The notes under the pieces are model-generated. The model ran no database searches. It was not told the DNA's origin and saw nothing but the letters and a program-made list of their open reading frames with translations. A program made the translations under genes and the position numbers. A stretch of 57,126 nt of DNA from Dicyema japonicum. Its lineage: Eukaryota; Animalia; Dicyemida. The DNA is taken from positions 1 to 57,126 of the forward strand of contig RDEW01000122.1 in NCBI GenBank assembly GCA_011109175.1. The letters run 5' to 3'. Positions 34,444-49,900 of this stretch are shown one piece after another; within the stretch, counting starts at the first letter, position 1, and each line of letters opens with the position of its first letter.

Positions 34444-34590
34444 CTGACCTGCTAAACAGGATCATCGCGAAAAAACGATAGGAGAGAAAGGAGCTGGTTC
34501 ATTGCGCGTATTTCCTTGCAAATCGTCAGGAGAAATGCGTTTTCAATTCTGAGAGCAGCCAGCAGTTGCCACTGTTAGTTTTTTCGTTTC
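34444..34590 (+). repeat. Dispersed ~155-bp repeat, copy 2
   Basis: Homologous to 23515-23670. Confidence 0.8.
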
Positions 34591-34930
34591 AATTATATTT
34601 TTTTAATTAGTTAAAAGTTATATTTTCTAATAAAAATAGAAAAACAACATATTCCTCTATACATATACGGTTAGTTGAAAAAAATCTCCTACATGATTAT
34701 TTATTCAGAAAAAATTTTTATCTAAAATTATTATCTAAAGATCGATATTTTTAAATTGATGACTTTTAGAATTACATTATTCTATATTTTAATAAAGTTT
34801 TTTATTAACATTTTTCATATTTAAAAAATTTTTTATCTAGATAAAATTGTTCTCATCCGTAGGCCGCAATATCGCTGTCATTTGCTTGCAAAAAATCCCC
34901 ATCTTCTGATTGCTTTATATTCAGTCAATN

Positions 34931-37900
34931 TATAAAAAGAATTTGAGACTAAAATTTGTGTAGGTTCTAATTGTTGATTTTCAATATGTGAATTAACTCG
35001 CAGAAATTTCGGATATCAATAAAAGGTATAAAAAGAATTTGGGACTAAAATGCGTGTAAATTGTTGAATATTAATTATGAATTAACTCGCAGGATATTTT
35101 GGAACACAATAGGAATATAAAAGAATTTGAGACTAAAATTTGTGAGGTTCTAATTGTTGATTTTCAATATATGAATTATCTTGCAGGGAATTTTGGAACA
35201 CAATAAGATGGAATAAAAGAATTTGGGACTAAAATTCGTGTAGGTTTAATTGTTGATTTTCAATATATGAATTAACTCGCAGGGAATTTTGGAACACAAA
35301 GCATATAAAAAGAATTTGAGACTAAAATAAGTGAGGGTACTAATTCTTGATTTTCATTGTATGAATTAACTCGCTGGAATTTTGGATCACAATACAAAGG
35401 TATAAAACTTTTGTTCATTTTCAATATCTGAATTAACTCACTGGGAATTTTGGATCACAATACAAAGGTTTAAAAAGAATTTTAGACTAAAATTTGTGTT
35501 GGTTTAAATGTTGATTTTCAAATATATGAATTAACTCGCTGGGAATTTTGGATAACAATAAAAAGGTATAAAAAGAATTTGGGACTAAAATTCTATTAGG
35601 TTCTAATTGTTGATTTTCAATATATAAATTAACTCGCAGAAAATTTCGGATCACAATAAAAGGTATAAAAAGAATTTGGGACTAAAATTCGTGTAGGTTT
35701 AATTGTTGAATATTAATATATGAATTAACTCGCTGGATATTTTGGAACACAATAGAAGATATAAAAGAATTTGGGAGTAAATTTCGTGTAGGTTTTAATT
35801 ATTGATTTTCTTTATATGAATTAACTCGCAGGGAATTTTGGATAACTATAAAAAGGTATAAAAAGAATTTGGGACTAAAATGCGAGTGGTTTAATTTGAA
35901 TATTAATATATGAATTAACTCGCAGGATATTTTGGAACACAATAAAAGATATAAAAAGAATTTGGGACCAAAATTTGAGTAGGTTCTAATTGTTGATTTT
36001 CAATATATGAATTATCTTGCAGGGAATTTTGGAACACAATACTAAGATATAAAAAGAATTTGGGACTAAAATAAGTGAGGGTACTAATTCTTGATTTACC
36101 TTGTATGAATTAATCGCTGGGAATTTTGGATCACAATAAAAGGTATAAAAAGAATTTGAGACTAAAATTTGTGTAGGTTTAATTGTTGATTTTCAATATA
36201 TGAATTAACTCGCTGGAATTTTGGATCACAATACAAAAGTATAAAAAGAATTTAAGATTAAAATTTGTGACGGTTCTAATACTTGATTTTTAATGTATGA
36301 ATTAACTCGCTGAAATTTTGGATCACAATACAAAGGTATAAATAGTATTTTAGACTAAAATTTGTGTAGGTTTAATTGTTGATTTTTAATGAATGAATTA
36401 ACTCGCTGGAATTTTGGATCACAATACAAAGGTATAAAAAGAATTTAAGACTAAAATTTGTGTCGGTTCTAATTCTGATTTTTATTGTATGAATTAACTC
36501 GCAATGAGTATTTTGGATAACAATACAAAGGTATAAAAACTTTTGTGTAGGTTCATTTTCAATATGAATTAACTCGCTGGAATTTTGGATAACAATACAA
36601 AGGTATAAAAAAATTTGGGACTAAAATTTGTGTAGGTTTAATAGTTGATTTTTAATGTATGAATTAACTCGCAGTGAATTTTGGATAACAATACAAAGGT
36701 ATAAAAAGAATTTGAGACTAAAATAAGTGAGGGTACTAATTCTTGATTTTCATTGTATGAATTAACTCGCTGGGAATTTTGGATCACAATACAAAGGTAT
36801 AAAAAGAATTTAGACTAAAATTTGTGTAGGTTTAATTGTTGATTTTCAATATATGAATTAACTCACTGGTAATTTTGGATCAAATACCAAGATATAAAAA
36901 GAATTTGAGACTAAAATAAGTGAGGGTACTAATTCTTGATTTTCATTGTATGAATTAACTCGCTGGGATTTTTGGATCACAATACAAAGGTATAAAAGAA
37001 TTTGAGACTAAAATTTGTGTTGGTTTAATGTTCATTTTCAATATATGAATTAACTCACTGGGAATTTTGGATCACAATACAAAGGTATAAAAAGAATTTT
37101 AGACTAAAATAAGTGAGGGTACTAATTCTTGATTTTCATTGTATGAATTAACTCGCTGAAATTTTGGATCACAATAAAGAAAGTATAAAATTTGTTATTT
37201 TCATATGAATTAACTCGCTGGAATTTTGGAAAACAATAAAATGGAATAAAAGAATTTGGGACTAAAATGCGTGTAGGTTTAATTGTTGATTTTCAATATA
37301 TGAATTAACTCGCTGGGAATTTTGGATCACAATAGCAAGATATAAAAAGAATTTGAGACTAAAATAAGTGAGGGTACTAATTGTTGATTTTCAATATATG
37401 AATTAACTCGCAGGGAATTTTGGAAAACAATAAAAAGGAATAAAAAGATTTAGACTAAAATTCGTGTAGGTTAATTGTTGATTTTCAATAAATGAATTAT
37501 CTTGCAGGTAATTTTGGAACACAATAAAAGATATAAAAGAATTTGGGACTAAAATTCTATTAGGTTCTAATTGTTGATTTTCAATATGTAAATTAACTCG
37601 CAGAGAATTTCGGATAACAATAAAAAGGTATAAAAAGAATTTGGGACTAAAATGCGTGTAGGTTTAATTGTTGAATATTAATATATGAATTATCTCGCTG
37701 GAAATTTTGGAACACAATAAAAAGGTATAAAAAGAATTTGGGACTAAAATGCTTTAGGTTCTAATTGTGATTTTCATTATATGAATTAACTCGCTGGAAT
37801 TTTGGATCACAATACTAAGATATAAAACCTTTATTATTTTGATATTTATGAATTAACTCGCTGGGTATTTTGGATAACAATACAAAGGTATAAAAGAATT

Positions 37901-40900
37901 TGAGACTAAAATTTGAGTAGGTTTAATTGTTGATTTTCAATGTATGAATTAACTCGCTGGGAATTTTGGATCACAATACAAAGGTATAAAAAGAATTTGA
38001 GACTAAAATTTGTGAGGGTACTAATTCTTGATTTTCATTGTATGAATTAATCGCGGGGAATTTTGGATCACAATAGAAGGTATAAATAATTTGAGACTAA
38101 AATTTGAGTATGTTTAATTGTTGATTTTTAATATATGAATTAACTCGCGGGGTATTTTGGATCACAATACAAGATATAAAAAAATTTGTGACTAAAATGC
38201 GTGTAGGTACTAATTGTTGATTTTCATTGTATGAATTAACTCGCGGGGAATTTTGGATCACAATACAAGATATAAAAAGAATTTGTGACTAAAATGCGTG
38301 TAGGTACTAATTGTTGATTTTCATTGTATGAATTAACTCGCGGGGAATTTTGGATCACAATAGAAGATATAAAAAATTTGAGACTAAAATTTGTGTAGAA
38401 TTTTGATTTTTATTGTATGAATTAACTCGCGGGGTATTTTGGATCACAATACTAAGATATAAAAAGAATTTGAGACTAAAATGCGTGAGGTAGTAATTGT
38501 TGATTTTCATTGTATGAATTAACTCGCGGGGAATTTTGGATAACAATACAAAGATATAAAAAGAATTTGAGACTAAAATTTGAGTATGTTTATTTGTTGA
38601 TTTTTAATATATGAATTAACTCGCAGGTAATTTTGGATCACAATAGAAAGGTATAAAAAGAATTTGAGACTAAAATAAGTGAGGGTACTAATTCTCGATT
38701 TTCATTGTATGAATTAACTCGCTGGAATTTTGGATCACAATACAAAGGTATAAAACTTTTGTTCATTTTCAATATCTGAATTAACTCACTGGAATTTTGG
38801 ATCACAATACAAAGGTATAAAAAGAATTTTAGACTAAAATTTGTGTAGGTTTATTTGTTGATTTAAATATATGAATTAACTCGCTGGTAATTTTGGATCA
38901 CAATAGCAAGATATAAAAAGAATTTGAGACTAAAATAAGTGAGGGTACTAATTCTCGATTTTCATTGTATGAATTAACTCGCTGGGAATGTTGGATCACA
39001 ATACAAAGGTATAAAAAGAATTTGAGACTAAAATTTGTGTAGGTTTAATTGTTGATTTTCATATATGAATTAACTCGCTGGGAATTTTGGATAACAATAC
39101 AAAGGTTAAAAGAATTTTAGACTAAAATTTGTGTATGTTTAATTGTTGATTTTTAATGTATGAATTAACTCGCTGGGTATTTTGGATCACAATACAAGAT
39201 ATAAAAAGAATTTGTGACTAAAATGCGTGTAGGTACTAATTGTTGATTTTCATTGTATGAATTAACTCGCTGTAATTTTGGATCACAATACAAGATATAA
39301 AAAGAATTTGGGACTAAAATGCGTGTAGGTAGTAATTGTTGATTTTCATTGTATGAATTAACTCGCGGGGAATTTTGGATAACAATAGAAGGTATAAAAG
39401 AATTTGAGACTAAAATTTGTGTATGTTTAATTGTTGATTTTTATTGTATGAATTAACTCGCGGGGTATTTTGGATCACAATACTAAGATATAAAAAGAAT
39501 TTGTGACTAAAATTCGTGTAGGTTGTAATTGTTGATTTTCATTGTATGAATTAACTCGCGGGGAATTTTGGATCACAATAGAAAAATATAAAAAGAATTT
39601 GTGACTAAAATTCGTGTAGGTAATTGTTGATTTTCAATGTATGAATTAACTCGCGGGGTATTTTGGATCACAATAGTAAAATATAAAAGAATTTGTGACT
39701 AAAATGCGTGTAGGTACTAATTGTTGATTTTCATTGTATGAATTAACTCGCTCGTAATTTTGGATAACAATACAAAGGTATAAAACTTTTGTTCATTTTC
39801 ATATCTGAATTAACTCGCTGGGAATTTTGGATCACAATACAAAGGTTTAAAAAGAATTTTAGACTAAAATTTGTGTAGGTTTAATTGTTGATTTTAAATA
39901 TGAATTAACTCGCTGGGAATTTTGGATCACAATACCAAGATATAAAAAGAATTTGAGACTAAAATAAGTGAGGGTACTAATTCTTGATTTTCATTGTATG
40001 AATTAACTCGCTGGGAATTTTGGATCACAATACAAAGGTATAACTTTTGTTCATTTTCAATATGAATTAACTCGCTGGGAATTTTGGATCACAATACAAA
40101 GGTATAAAAGAATTTTAGACTAAAATTTGTGTTGGTTTAAATGTTGATTTTAATATATGAATTAACTGACTGGTAATTTTGGATCACAATACCAAGATAT
40201 AAAAAGAATTTGAGACTAAAATAAGTGAGGGTACTAATTCTTGATTTTCATTGTATGAATTAACTCGCTGGGAATTTTGGATCACAATACCAAGATATAA
40301 AAAGAATTTTAGACTAAAATAAGTGAGGGTACTAATTCTTTATTTTCATTGTATGAATTAACTCGCTGAAATTTTGGATAACAATAGAAGGTATAAAAGT
40401 ATTTGAGACTAAAATTTGTGTAGGTTTAATTGTTGATTTTCAATATATGAATTAACTCGCTGGTAATTTTGGATCACAATAGCAAGATATAAAAAGAATT
40501 TGAGACTAAAATAAGTGAGGGTACTAATTCTTGATTTTCATTGTATGAATTAACTCGCTGGGAATTTTGGATCACAATACAAATATAAAAAGAATTTTAG
40601 ACTAAAATAAGTGAGGGTACTAATTCTTTATTTTCATTGTATGAATTAATTCGCTGGGAATTTTGGATCACAATAGAAGGTATAAAAAGAATTTAGACTA
40701 AAATTTGTGTAGATTGTTGATTTTCAATTATGAATTAACTCGCTGGTAATTTTGGATCACAATAGCAAGATATAAAAAGAATTTGAGACTAAAATAAGTG
40801 AGGGTACTAATTCTTGATTTTCATTGTATGAATTAACTCGCTGGGATTTTTGGATCACAATACAAAGGTATAAAAGAATTTTAGACTAAAATTTGTGTAG

Positions 40901-43900
40901 GTTTAATTGTTGATTTTCAATATATGAATTAACTCGCTGGTAATTTTGGATCACAATAGCAAGATATAAAAAGAATTTGAGACTAAAATAAGTGAGGGTA
41001 CTAATTCTTGATTTTCATTGTATGAATTAACTCGCTGGAATTTTGGATCACAATAGAAAGGTATAAAACTTTTGTTCATTTCAATATCTGAATTAACTCG
41101 CTGGGAATTTTGGATCACAATACAAAGGTTTAAAAGAATTTTAGACTAAAATTTGTGTAGGTTTAATTGTTGATTTTAAATATATGAATTAACTCGGTGG
41201 TAATTTTGGATCACAATAGCAAGATATAAAAAGAATTTGAGACTAAAATAAGTGAGGGTACTAATTCTTGATTTTCATTGTATGAATTAACTCGCTGGGA
41301 ATTTTGGATCACAATACAAAGGTATAAAAAATTTAGACTAAAATTTGTGTAGGTTTAATTGTTTATTTTCAATATATGAATTAATCGCTGGTAATTTTGG
41401 ATCACAATACAAATATAAAAAGAATTTGTGACTAAAATTTGTGTAGGTAGTAATTGTTGATTTTCATTGTATGAATTAACTCGCAGGGAATTTTGGATCA
41501 CAATTGAAAAATATAAAAAGAATTTGTGACTAAAATGCGTGTAGGTCTAATTGTTGATTTTCATTGTATGAATTAACTCGCTCGGAATTTTGGATCACAA
41601 TAGAAAGATATAAAAAAATTTGAGACTAAAATAAGTGAGGGTACTAATTCTTGATTTTCATTGTATGAATTAACTCGCTGGGAATTTTGGATCACAATAG
41701 CAAAGGTATAAAACTTTTGTTCATTTTCAATATCGAATTAACTCGCTGGGAATTTTGGATCACAATACAAAGGTTTAACAAGAATTTTAGACTAAAATTT
41801 GTGTAGGTTTAATTGTTGATTTTCAATATATGAATTAACTCGGTGGTAATTTTGGATCACAATAGCAAGATATAAAAAGAATTTGAGACTAAAATAAGTG
41901 AGGGTACTAATTCTTGATTTTCATTGTATGAATTAACTCGCTGGGAATTTTGGATCACAATAGCAAGATATAAAAAGAATTTGAGACTAAAATAAGTGAG
42001 GTACTAATTCTTTATTTTCTTGTATGAATTAATTCGCTGGGAATTTTGGATCACAATAGAAGGTATAAATAGAATTTGAGACTAAAATTTGTGTAGGTTT
42101 AATTGTTGATTTTCAATATATGAATAACTCGCTGGTAATTTTGGATCACAATAGCAAGATATAAAAGAATTTGAGACTAAAATAAGTGAGGGTACTAATT
42201 CTTGATTTTCATTGTATGAATTAACTCGCTGGGAATTTTGGATCACAATAAAAGGTATAAAAAGAATTTGAGACTAAAATTTGTGTAGGTTAATAGTTGA
42301 TTTTTAATTGTATGAATTAACTCGCTGGGAATTTTGGATCACAATACGAAGGTTTAACAAGAATTTTAGACTAAAATTTGTGTAGATTGTTGATTTTCAA
42401 TATATGAATTAACTCGGTGGGAATTTTGGATCACAATAGCAAGATATAAAAAAGAATTTGAGACTAAAATAAGTGAGGGTACTAATTCTTGATTTTCATT
42501 GTATGAATTAACTCGCTGGGAATTTTTGGATCACAATACAAAGGTATAAAAAGAATTTTAGACTAAAATTTGTGTAGGTTTAATTGTTGATTTTCAATAT
42601 ATGAATAACTCGCTGGTAATTTTGGATCACAATAGCAAGATATAAAAAGAATTTGAGACTAAAATAAGTGAGGGTACTAATTCTTGATTTTCATTGTATG
42701 AATTAACTCGCTGTGAATTTTGGATCAAATAGAAAGGTATAAAACTTTTGTTCATTTTCAATATCTGAATTAACTCGCTGGGAATTTTGGATCACAATAC
42801 AAAGGTTTAACAAGAATTTAGACTAAAATTTGTGTAGGTTTAATTGTTGATTTTAAATATATGAATTAACTCGGTGTAATTTTGGATCCAATAGCAAGAT
42901 AAAAAGAATTTGAGACTAAAATAAGTGAGGGTACTAATTCTTGATTTTCATTGTATGAATTAACTCGCTGGGAATTTTGGATCACAATACAAAGGTATAA
43001 AAAGAATTATAGACTAAAATTTGTGTAGGTTAATTGTTGATTTTCAATATATGAATTAACTCGCTGGTAATTTTGGATCACAATACCAATATATAAAAAG
43101 AATTTGAGACTAAAATAAGTGAGGGTACTAATTCTTGATTTTCATTGTATGACTTAACTCGCTGGGAATTTTGGATCCAATACCAAGATATAAAATGAAT
43201 TTGAGACTAAAATAAGTGAGGGTACTAATTCTTGATTTTCATTGTATGAATTAACTCGCTGGGAATTTTGGATCACAATACCAAGATATAAAAGAATTTG
43301 AGACTAAAATAAGTGAGGGTACTAATTCTTGATTTCATTGTATGATTAACTCGCTGGGAATTTTGGATCACAATACAAAGGTAAAAACTTTGTTCAATTT
43401 TCAATATCGAATTAACTCGCTGGGAATTTTGGATCACATACAAAGGTTAACAAGAATTTTAGACTAAAATTTGTGTAGGTTTAATTGTTGATTTTAAATA
43501 TATGAATTAACTCGGTGGTAATTTTGGATCCAATAGCAAGATATAAAAAGAATTTGAGACTAAAATAAGTGAGGGTACTAATTCTTGATTTTCATTGTAT
43601 GAATTAACTCGCTGGGAATTTTGGATCACAATAGCAAGATATAAAAAAAATTTGAGACTAAAATAAGTGAGGGTACTAATTCTTTATTTTCCTTGTATGA
43701 ATTAATTCGCTGGAATTTTGATCACAATAGAAGGTATAAAATAGAATTTGAGACTAAAATTTGTGTAGGTTTAATTGTTGATTTTCAATATATGTATTAA
43801 CTCGCTGGGAATTTTGGATCACAATTAGCAAGATATAAAAAGAATTTGAGACTAAAATAAGTGAGGTACTAATTCTTGATTTTCATTGTATGAATTAACT

Positions 43901-46900
43901 CGCTGGGAATTTTGGATCACAATAGCAAGATATAAAAAGAATTTGAGACTAAAATAAGTGAGGGTACTAATTCTTTATTTTCCTTGTATGAATTAATTCG
44001 CTGGGAATTTTGGATCACAATAGAAGGTATAAAAAGAATTTTAGACTAAAATTTGTGTAGATTGTTGATTTTCATTGTATGAATTAACTCGCTGGAATTT
44101 TGGATCACAATAGCAAGATATAAAAAGAATTTGAGACTAAAATAAGTGAGGGTACTAATTCTTGATTTTCATTGTATGAATTAACTCGCTGGGAATTTTG
44201 GATCACAATAGAAGGTATAAATAGAATTTTAGACTAAAATTTGTGTAGGTTTAATTGTTGATTTTCAATATATGAATAACTCGCTGGGAATTTTGGATCA
44301 CAAATAGCAAGATTATAAAAAGAATTTGAGACTAAAATAAGTGAGGGTACTAATTCTTGATTTTCATTGTATGAATTAACTCGCTGTGAATTTTGGATCA
44401 CAATAGAAAGGTATAAAACTTTTGTTCATTTTCAATATCTGAATTAACTCGCTGGGAATTTTGGATCACAATACAAGGTTTAACAAGAATTTTAGACTAA
44501 AATTTGTGTAGGTTTAATTGTTGATTTTAAATTATGAATTAACTCGCTGGTAATTTTGGATCACAATAGCAAGATATAAAAAGAATTTGAGACTAAAAAT
44601 AAGTGAGGGTACTAATTCTTGATTTTCATTGTATGAATTAACTCGCTGGGAATTTTGGATCACAATACAAAGGTATAAAAAGAATTTTAGACTAAAATTT
44701 GTGTAGGTTAATTGTTTATTTTCAATATATGAATTAACTCGCTGGGAATTTTGGATCACAATACAAAGGTTTAACAAGAATTTTAGACTAAAATTTGTGT
44801 AGGTTTGTTGATTTTAAATATATGAATTAACTCGCTGGGAATTTTGGATCACAATACCAAGATATAAAAAGAATTTGAGACTAAAATAAGTGAGGGTACT
44901 AATTCTTGATTTTCAATATATGAATTAACTCGCAGGATATTTTGGAACACAATAAGGTATAAAAGAATTTGAGACCAAAATTTGAGTTGGTTTAAATGTT
45001 CATTTTCAATATATGAATTAACTGGCTGGGAAATTTTGGATCACAATACCAAGATATAAAAAGAATTTGAGACTAAAATAAGTGAGGGTACTAATTCTTG
45101 ATTTTCATTGTATGAATTAACTCGCTGGGAATTTTGGATCACAATACAAAGGTATAAACTTTTGTTCATTTTCAATATCTGAATTAACTCGCTGGGAATT
45201 TTGGATCACAATACAAAGGTTTAAAAGAATTTGAGACTAAAATTTGTGTAGAATTGTTGATTTTAATATATGAATTAACTCGCTGGGAATTTTGGATAAC
45301 AATACCAAGGTATAAAAAGAATTTTAGACTAAAATAAGTGAGGTTCTAATTCTTGATTTTTAATAAATGAATTAACTCGCGGGGAATTTTGGATAACAAT
45401 ACAAAGGTATAAAAAGAATTTTAGACTAAAATTTGTGTAGGTTTAATTGTTGATTTTCAATGAATGAATTAACTGGCTGGGAATTTTGGATCACAATACA
45501 AAGATATAAAAAGAATTTTAGACTAAAATAAGTGAGGGTACTAATTCTTGATTTTCATTGTATGAATTAACTCGCTGAAATTTTGGATAACAATAGCAAA
45601 TAAAAGAATTTGAGACTAAAATTGAGGTACTAATTCTTGATTTTCATTTATGAATTAACTCGCTGGAATTTTGGATCACAATACAAAGGTATAAGCTTTT
45701 GTTCATTTTCAATATCGAATTAACTCGCTGGGAATTTTGGATCACAATACAAAGGTTTAACAAGAATTTTAGACTAAAATTTGTGTAGGTTTAATTGTTG
45801 ATTTTAAATATATGAATTAACTCGGTGGTAATTTTGGATCACAATAGCAAGATATAAAAGAATTTGAGACTAAAATAAGTGAGGGTACTAATTCTTGATT
45901 TTCATTGTATGAATTAACTCGCTGGGAATTTTGGATCACAATAGCAAGATATAAAAAGAATTTGAGACTAAAATAAGTGAGGGTACTAATTCTTTATTTT
46001 CATTGTATGAATTAACTCGCTGGGAATTTTGGATCACAATAGAAAGATATAAAAGAATTTGAGACTAAAATAAGTGAGGGTACTAATTCTTGATTTTCAT
46101 TGTATGAATTAACTCGCGCTGGGAATTTTGGATCACAATACAATGGTATAAAACTTTTGTTCATTTTCAATATGAATTAACTCGCTGGGAATTTTGGATC
46201 ACAATAGAAGGTATAAAGAATTTGAGACTAAAATTTGTGTAGGTTTAATTGTTGATTTTCAATATATGAATTAACTCGCTGGTAATTTTGGATCACAATA
46301 GCAAGATATAAAAAGAATTTGAGACTAAAATAAGTGAGGGTACTAATTTTGATTTTCATTGTATGAATTAACTCGCTGGGAATTTTGGATCACAATACAA
46401 AGGTATAAAAAGAATTTTAGACTAAAATTTGTGTAGGTTTAATTGTTGATTTTCAATATATGAAATAACTCGCTGGTAATTTTGGATCACAATAGCAAGA
46501 TATAAAAAGAATTTGAGACTAAAATAAGTGAGGGTACTAATTCTTGATTTTCATTGTATGAATTAACTCGCTGGAATTTTGGATCACAATGAAAGGTATA
46601 AAACTTTTGTTCATTTTCAATATCTGAATTAACTCGCTGGGAATTTTGGATCACAATACAAAGGTTTAAAGAATTTTAGACTAAAATTTGTGTAGGTTTA
46701 ATTGTTGATTTTAATATATGAATTAACTCGGTGGTAATTTTGGATCACAATAGCAAGATATAAAAAGAATTTGAGACTAAATAAGTGAGGGTACTAATTC
46801 TTGATTTTCATTGTATGAATTAACTCGCTGGGAATTTTGGATCACAATACAAAGGTATAAAAAGAATTTTAGACTAAAATTTGTGTAGGTTTAATTGTTG

Positions 46901-49900
46901 ATTTTCAATATATGAAATTAACTCGCTGGTAATTTTGGATCACAATAGCAAGATATAAAAAGAATTTGAGACTAAAATAAGTGAGGGTACTAATTCTCGA
47001 TTTTCATTGTATGAATTAACTCGCTGTGAATTTTGGATCACAATAGAAAGGTATAAAACTTTTGTTCATTTTCAATATCTGAATTAACTCGCTGGGAATT
47101 TTGGTATCACAATACAAAGGTATAAAGAATTTTAGACTAAAATTTGTGTAGGTTTAATTGTTGATTTTAAATATATGAATTAACTCGGTGGTAATTTTGG
47201 ATCACAATAGCAAGATATAAAAAGAATTTGAGACTAAAATAAGTGAGGGTACTAATTCTTGATTTTCATTGTATGAATTAACTCGCTGGAATTTTGGATC
47301 ACAATACAAAGGTATAAAACTTTTGTTCATTTTCAATATGAATTAACTCGCTGGGAATTTTGGATCACAATACAAAGGTTAAAAAATTTTAGACTAAAAT
47401 TTGTGTAGGTTTAATTGTTGATTTTAAATATATGAATAACTCGCTGGTAATTTTGGATCACAATACCAAGATATAAAATGAATTTGAGACTAAAATAAGT
47501 GAGGGTACTAATTCTTGATTTTCATTGTATGAATTAACTCGCTGGGAATTTTGGATCACAATAGCAAGATATAAAAAGAATTTGAGACTAAAATAAGTGA
47601 GGGTACTAATTCTTTATTTACCTTGTATGAATTAATCGCTGGGAATTTTGGATCACAATAGAAGGTATAAAGAATTTGAGACTAAAATTTGTGTAGGTTT
47701 AATGTTGATTTTCAATATATGAATAAACTCGCTGGTAATTTTGGATCACAATAGCAAGATATAAAAAGAATTTGAGACTAAAATAAGTGAGGGTACTAAT
47801 TCTTGATTTTCATTGTATGAATTAACTCGCTGGGAATTTTGGATCACAATACAAAGGTATAAAAAGAATTTTAGACTAAAATAAGTGAGGTACTAATTCT
47901 TTATTTTCATTGTATGAATTAATTCGCTGGGAATTAAAGGATCACAATAGCAATATAAAAGAATTTGAGACCAAAATTTGAGTAGGTTCCAATTGTTGAT
48001 TTTCATTATGAATTAACTCGCTGGGAATTTTGGATCACAATAGCAAGATATAAAAAGAATTTGAGACTAAAATAAGTGAGGTATAATTCTCGATTTTCAT
48101 TGTATGAATTAACTCGCTGGGATTTTGGATCACAATAGAAAGGTATAAAAAGAATTTGAGACTAAAATTTGTGTAGGTTAATTCTTGATTTTCAATATAT
48201 GAATAACTCGCTGGTAATTTTGGATCACAATAGCAAGATATAAAAAGAATTTGAGACTAAAATAAGTGAGGGTACTAATTCTTGATTTTCATTGTATGAA
48301 TTAACTCGCTGTGAATTTTGGATCACAATAGAAAGGTATAAAACTTTTGTTCATTTTCAATATCTGAATTAACTCGCTGGGAATTTTGGATCACAATACA
48401 AATTTAACAAGAATTTTAGACTAAAATTTGTGTAGGTTTAATTGTTGATTTTCAAATATATGAATTAACTCGCTGGTAATTTTGGATCACAATACAAGAT
48501 ATAAAAAGAATTTGAGACTAAAATAAGTGAGGGTACTAATTCTTATTTTCATTGTATGAATTAACTCGCTGGGAATTTTGGATCACAATACAAAGGTATA
48601 AAAAGAATTTAGACTAAAATTTGTGTAGGTTTAATTGTTTATTTTCATATATGAATTAACTCGCTGGTAATTTTGGATCACAATACAAGTTTAACAAGAA
48701 TTTTAGACTAAAATTTGTGTAGATTGTTGATTTTCATATATGAATTAACTCGCTGGGAATTTTGGATCACAATACCAAGATATAAAAAGAATTTTAGACT
48801 AAAATAAGTGAGGGTACTAATTCTTGATTTTCATGTATGAATTAACTCGCTGAATTTTTGGATCACAATACAAAGGTATAAAAAGAATTTGAGACTAAAA
48901 TTTGTGTTGGTTTAAATGTTGATTTCATATATGAATTAACTGACTGGGAATTTTGGATCACAATACCAAGATATAAAAGAATTTTAGACTAAATAAGTGA
49001 GGGTACTAATTCTTGATTTTCATTGTATGAATTAACTCGGTGGAATTTGGATCACAATACAAAGGTATTAAACTTTTGTTTCATTTTCATATCTGAATTA
49101 ACTCGCTGGGAATTTTGGATCACAATACAAAGTTAAAAGAATTTGAGACTAAAATTTGTGTAGATTGTTCATTTTCAATGTATGAATTAACTCGCTGGGA
49201 ATTTTGGATCACAATACCAGATATAAAAAGAATTTAGACTAAAATAAGTGAGGGTACTAATTCTTGATTTTCATTGTATGAATTAACTCGCTGAATTTTG
49301 GATAACAATAAAAGGTATAAATAGTATTTGAGACTAAAATTTGTGTAGGTTCTAATAGTTGATTTTTAATGTATGAATTAACTCGCAATGAATTTTGGAT
49401 AACAATACAAAGGTATAAAAAGAATTTTAGACTAAAAATTTGTGTAGGTTTAATTGTTGATTTTCATAAATGAATTAACTCGCTGGAATTTTGGATCACA
49501 ATACAAAGGTATAAAAGATTTGAGACTAAAATTTGTGTTGGTTTAAATGGATGATTTTCAATATATGAATTAACTGGCTGGGAATTTTGGATCACAATAC
49601 AAGATATAAAAAGAATTTGAGACTAAAATAAGTGAGGGTACTAATTCTTGATTTTCATTGTATGAATTAACTCGCTGGGAATTTTGGATCACAATACAAA
49701 GGTATAAAACTTTTGTTTCATTTTCAATATGAATTAACTCGCTGGGAATTTTGGATCACAATACAAAGGTTTAAAAGAATTTAGACTAAAATTTGTGTAG
49801 GTTTAAAATATATGAATTAACTGGCTGGGAATTTTGGATAACAATAAAAAGGTATAAAAAGAATTTTGGACTAAAATTTGTGTAGGTTCTAATTGTTGAT

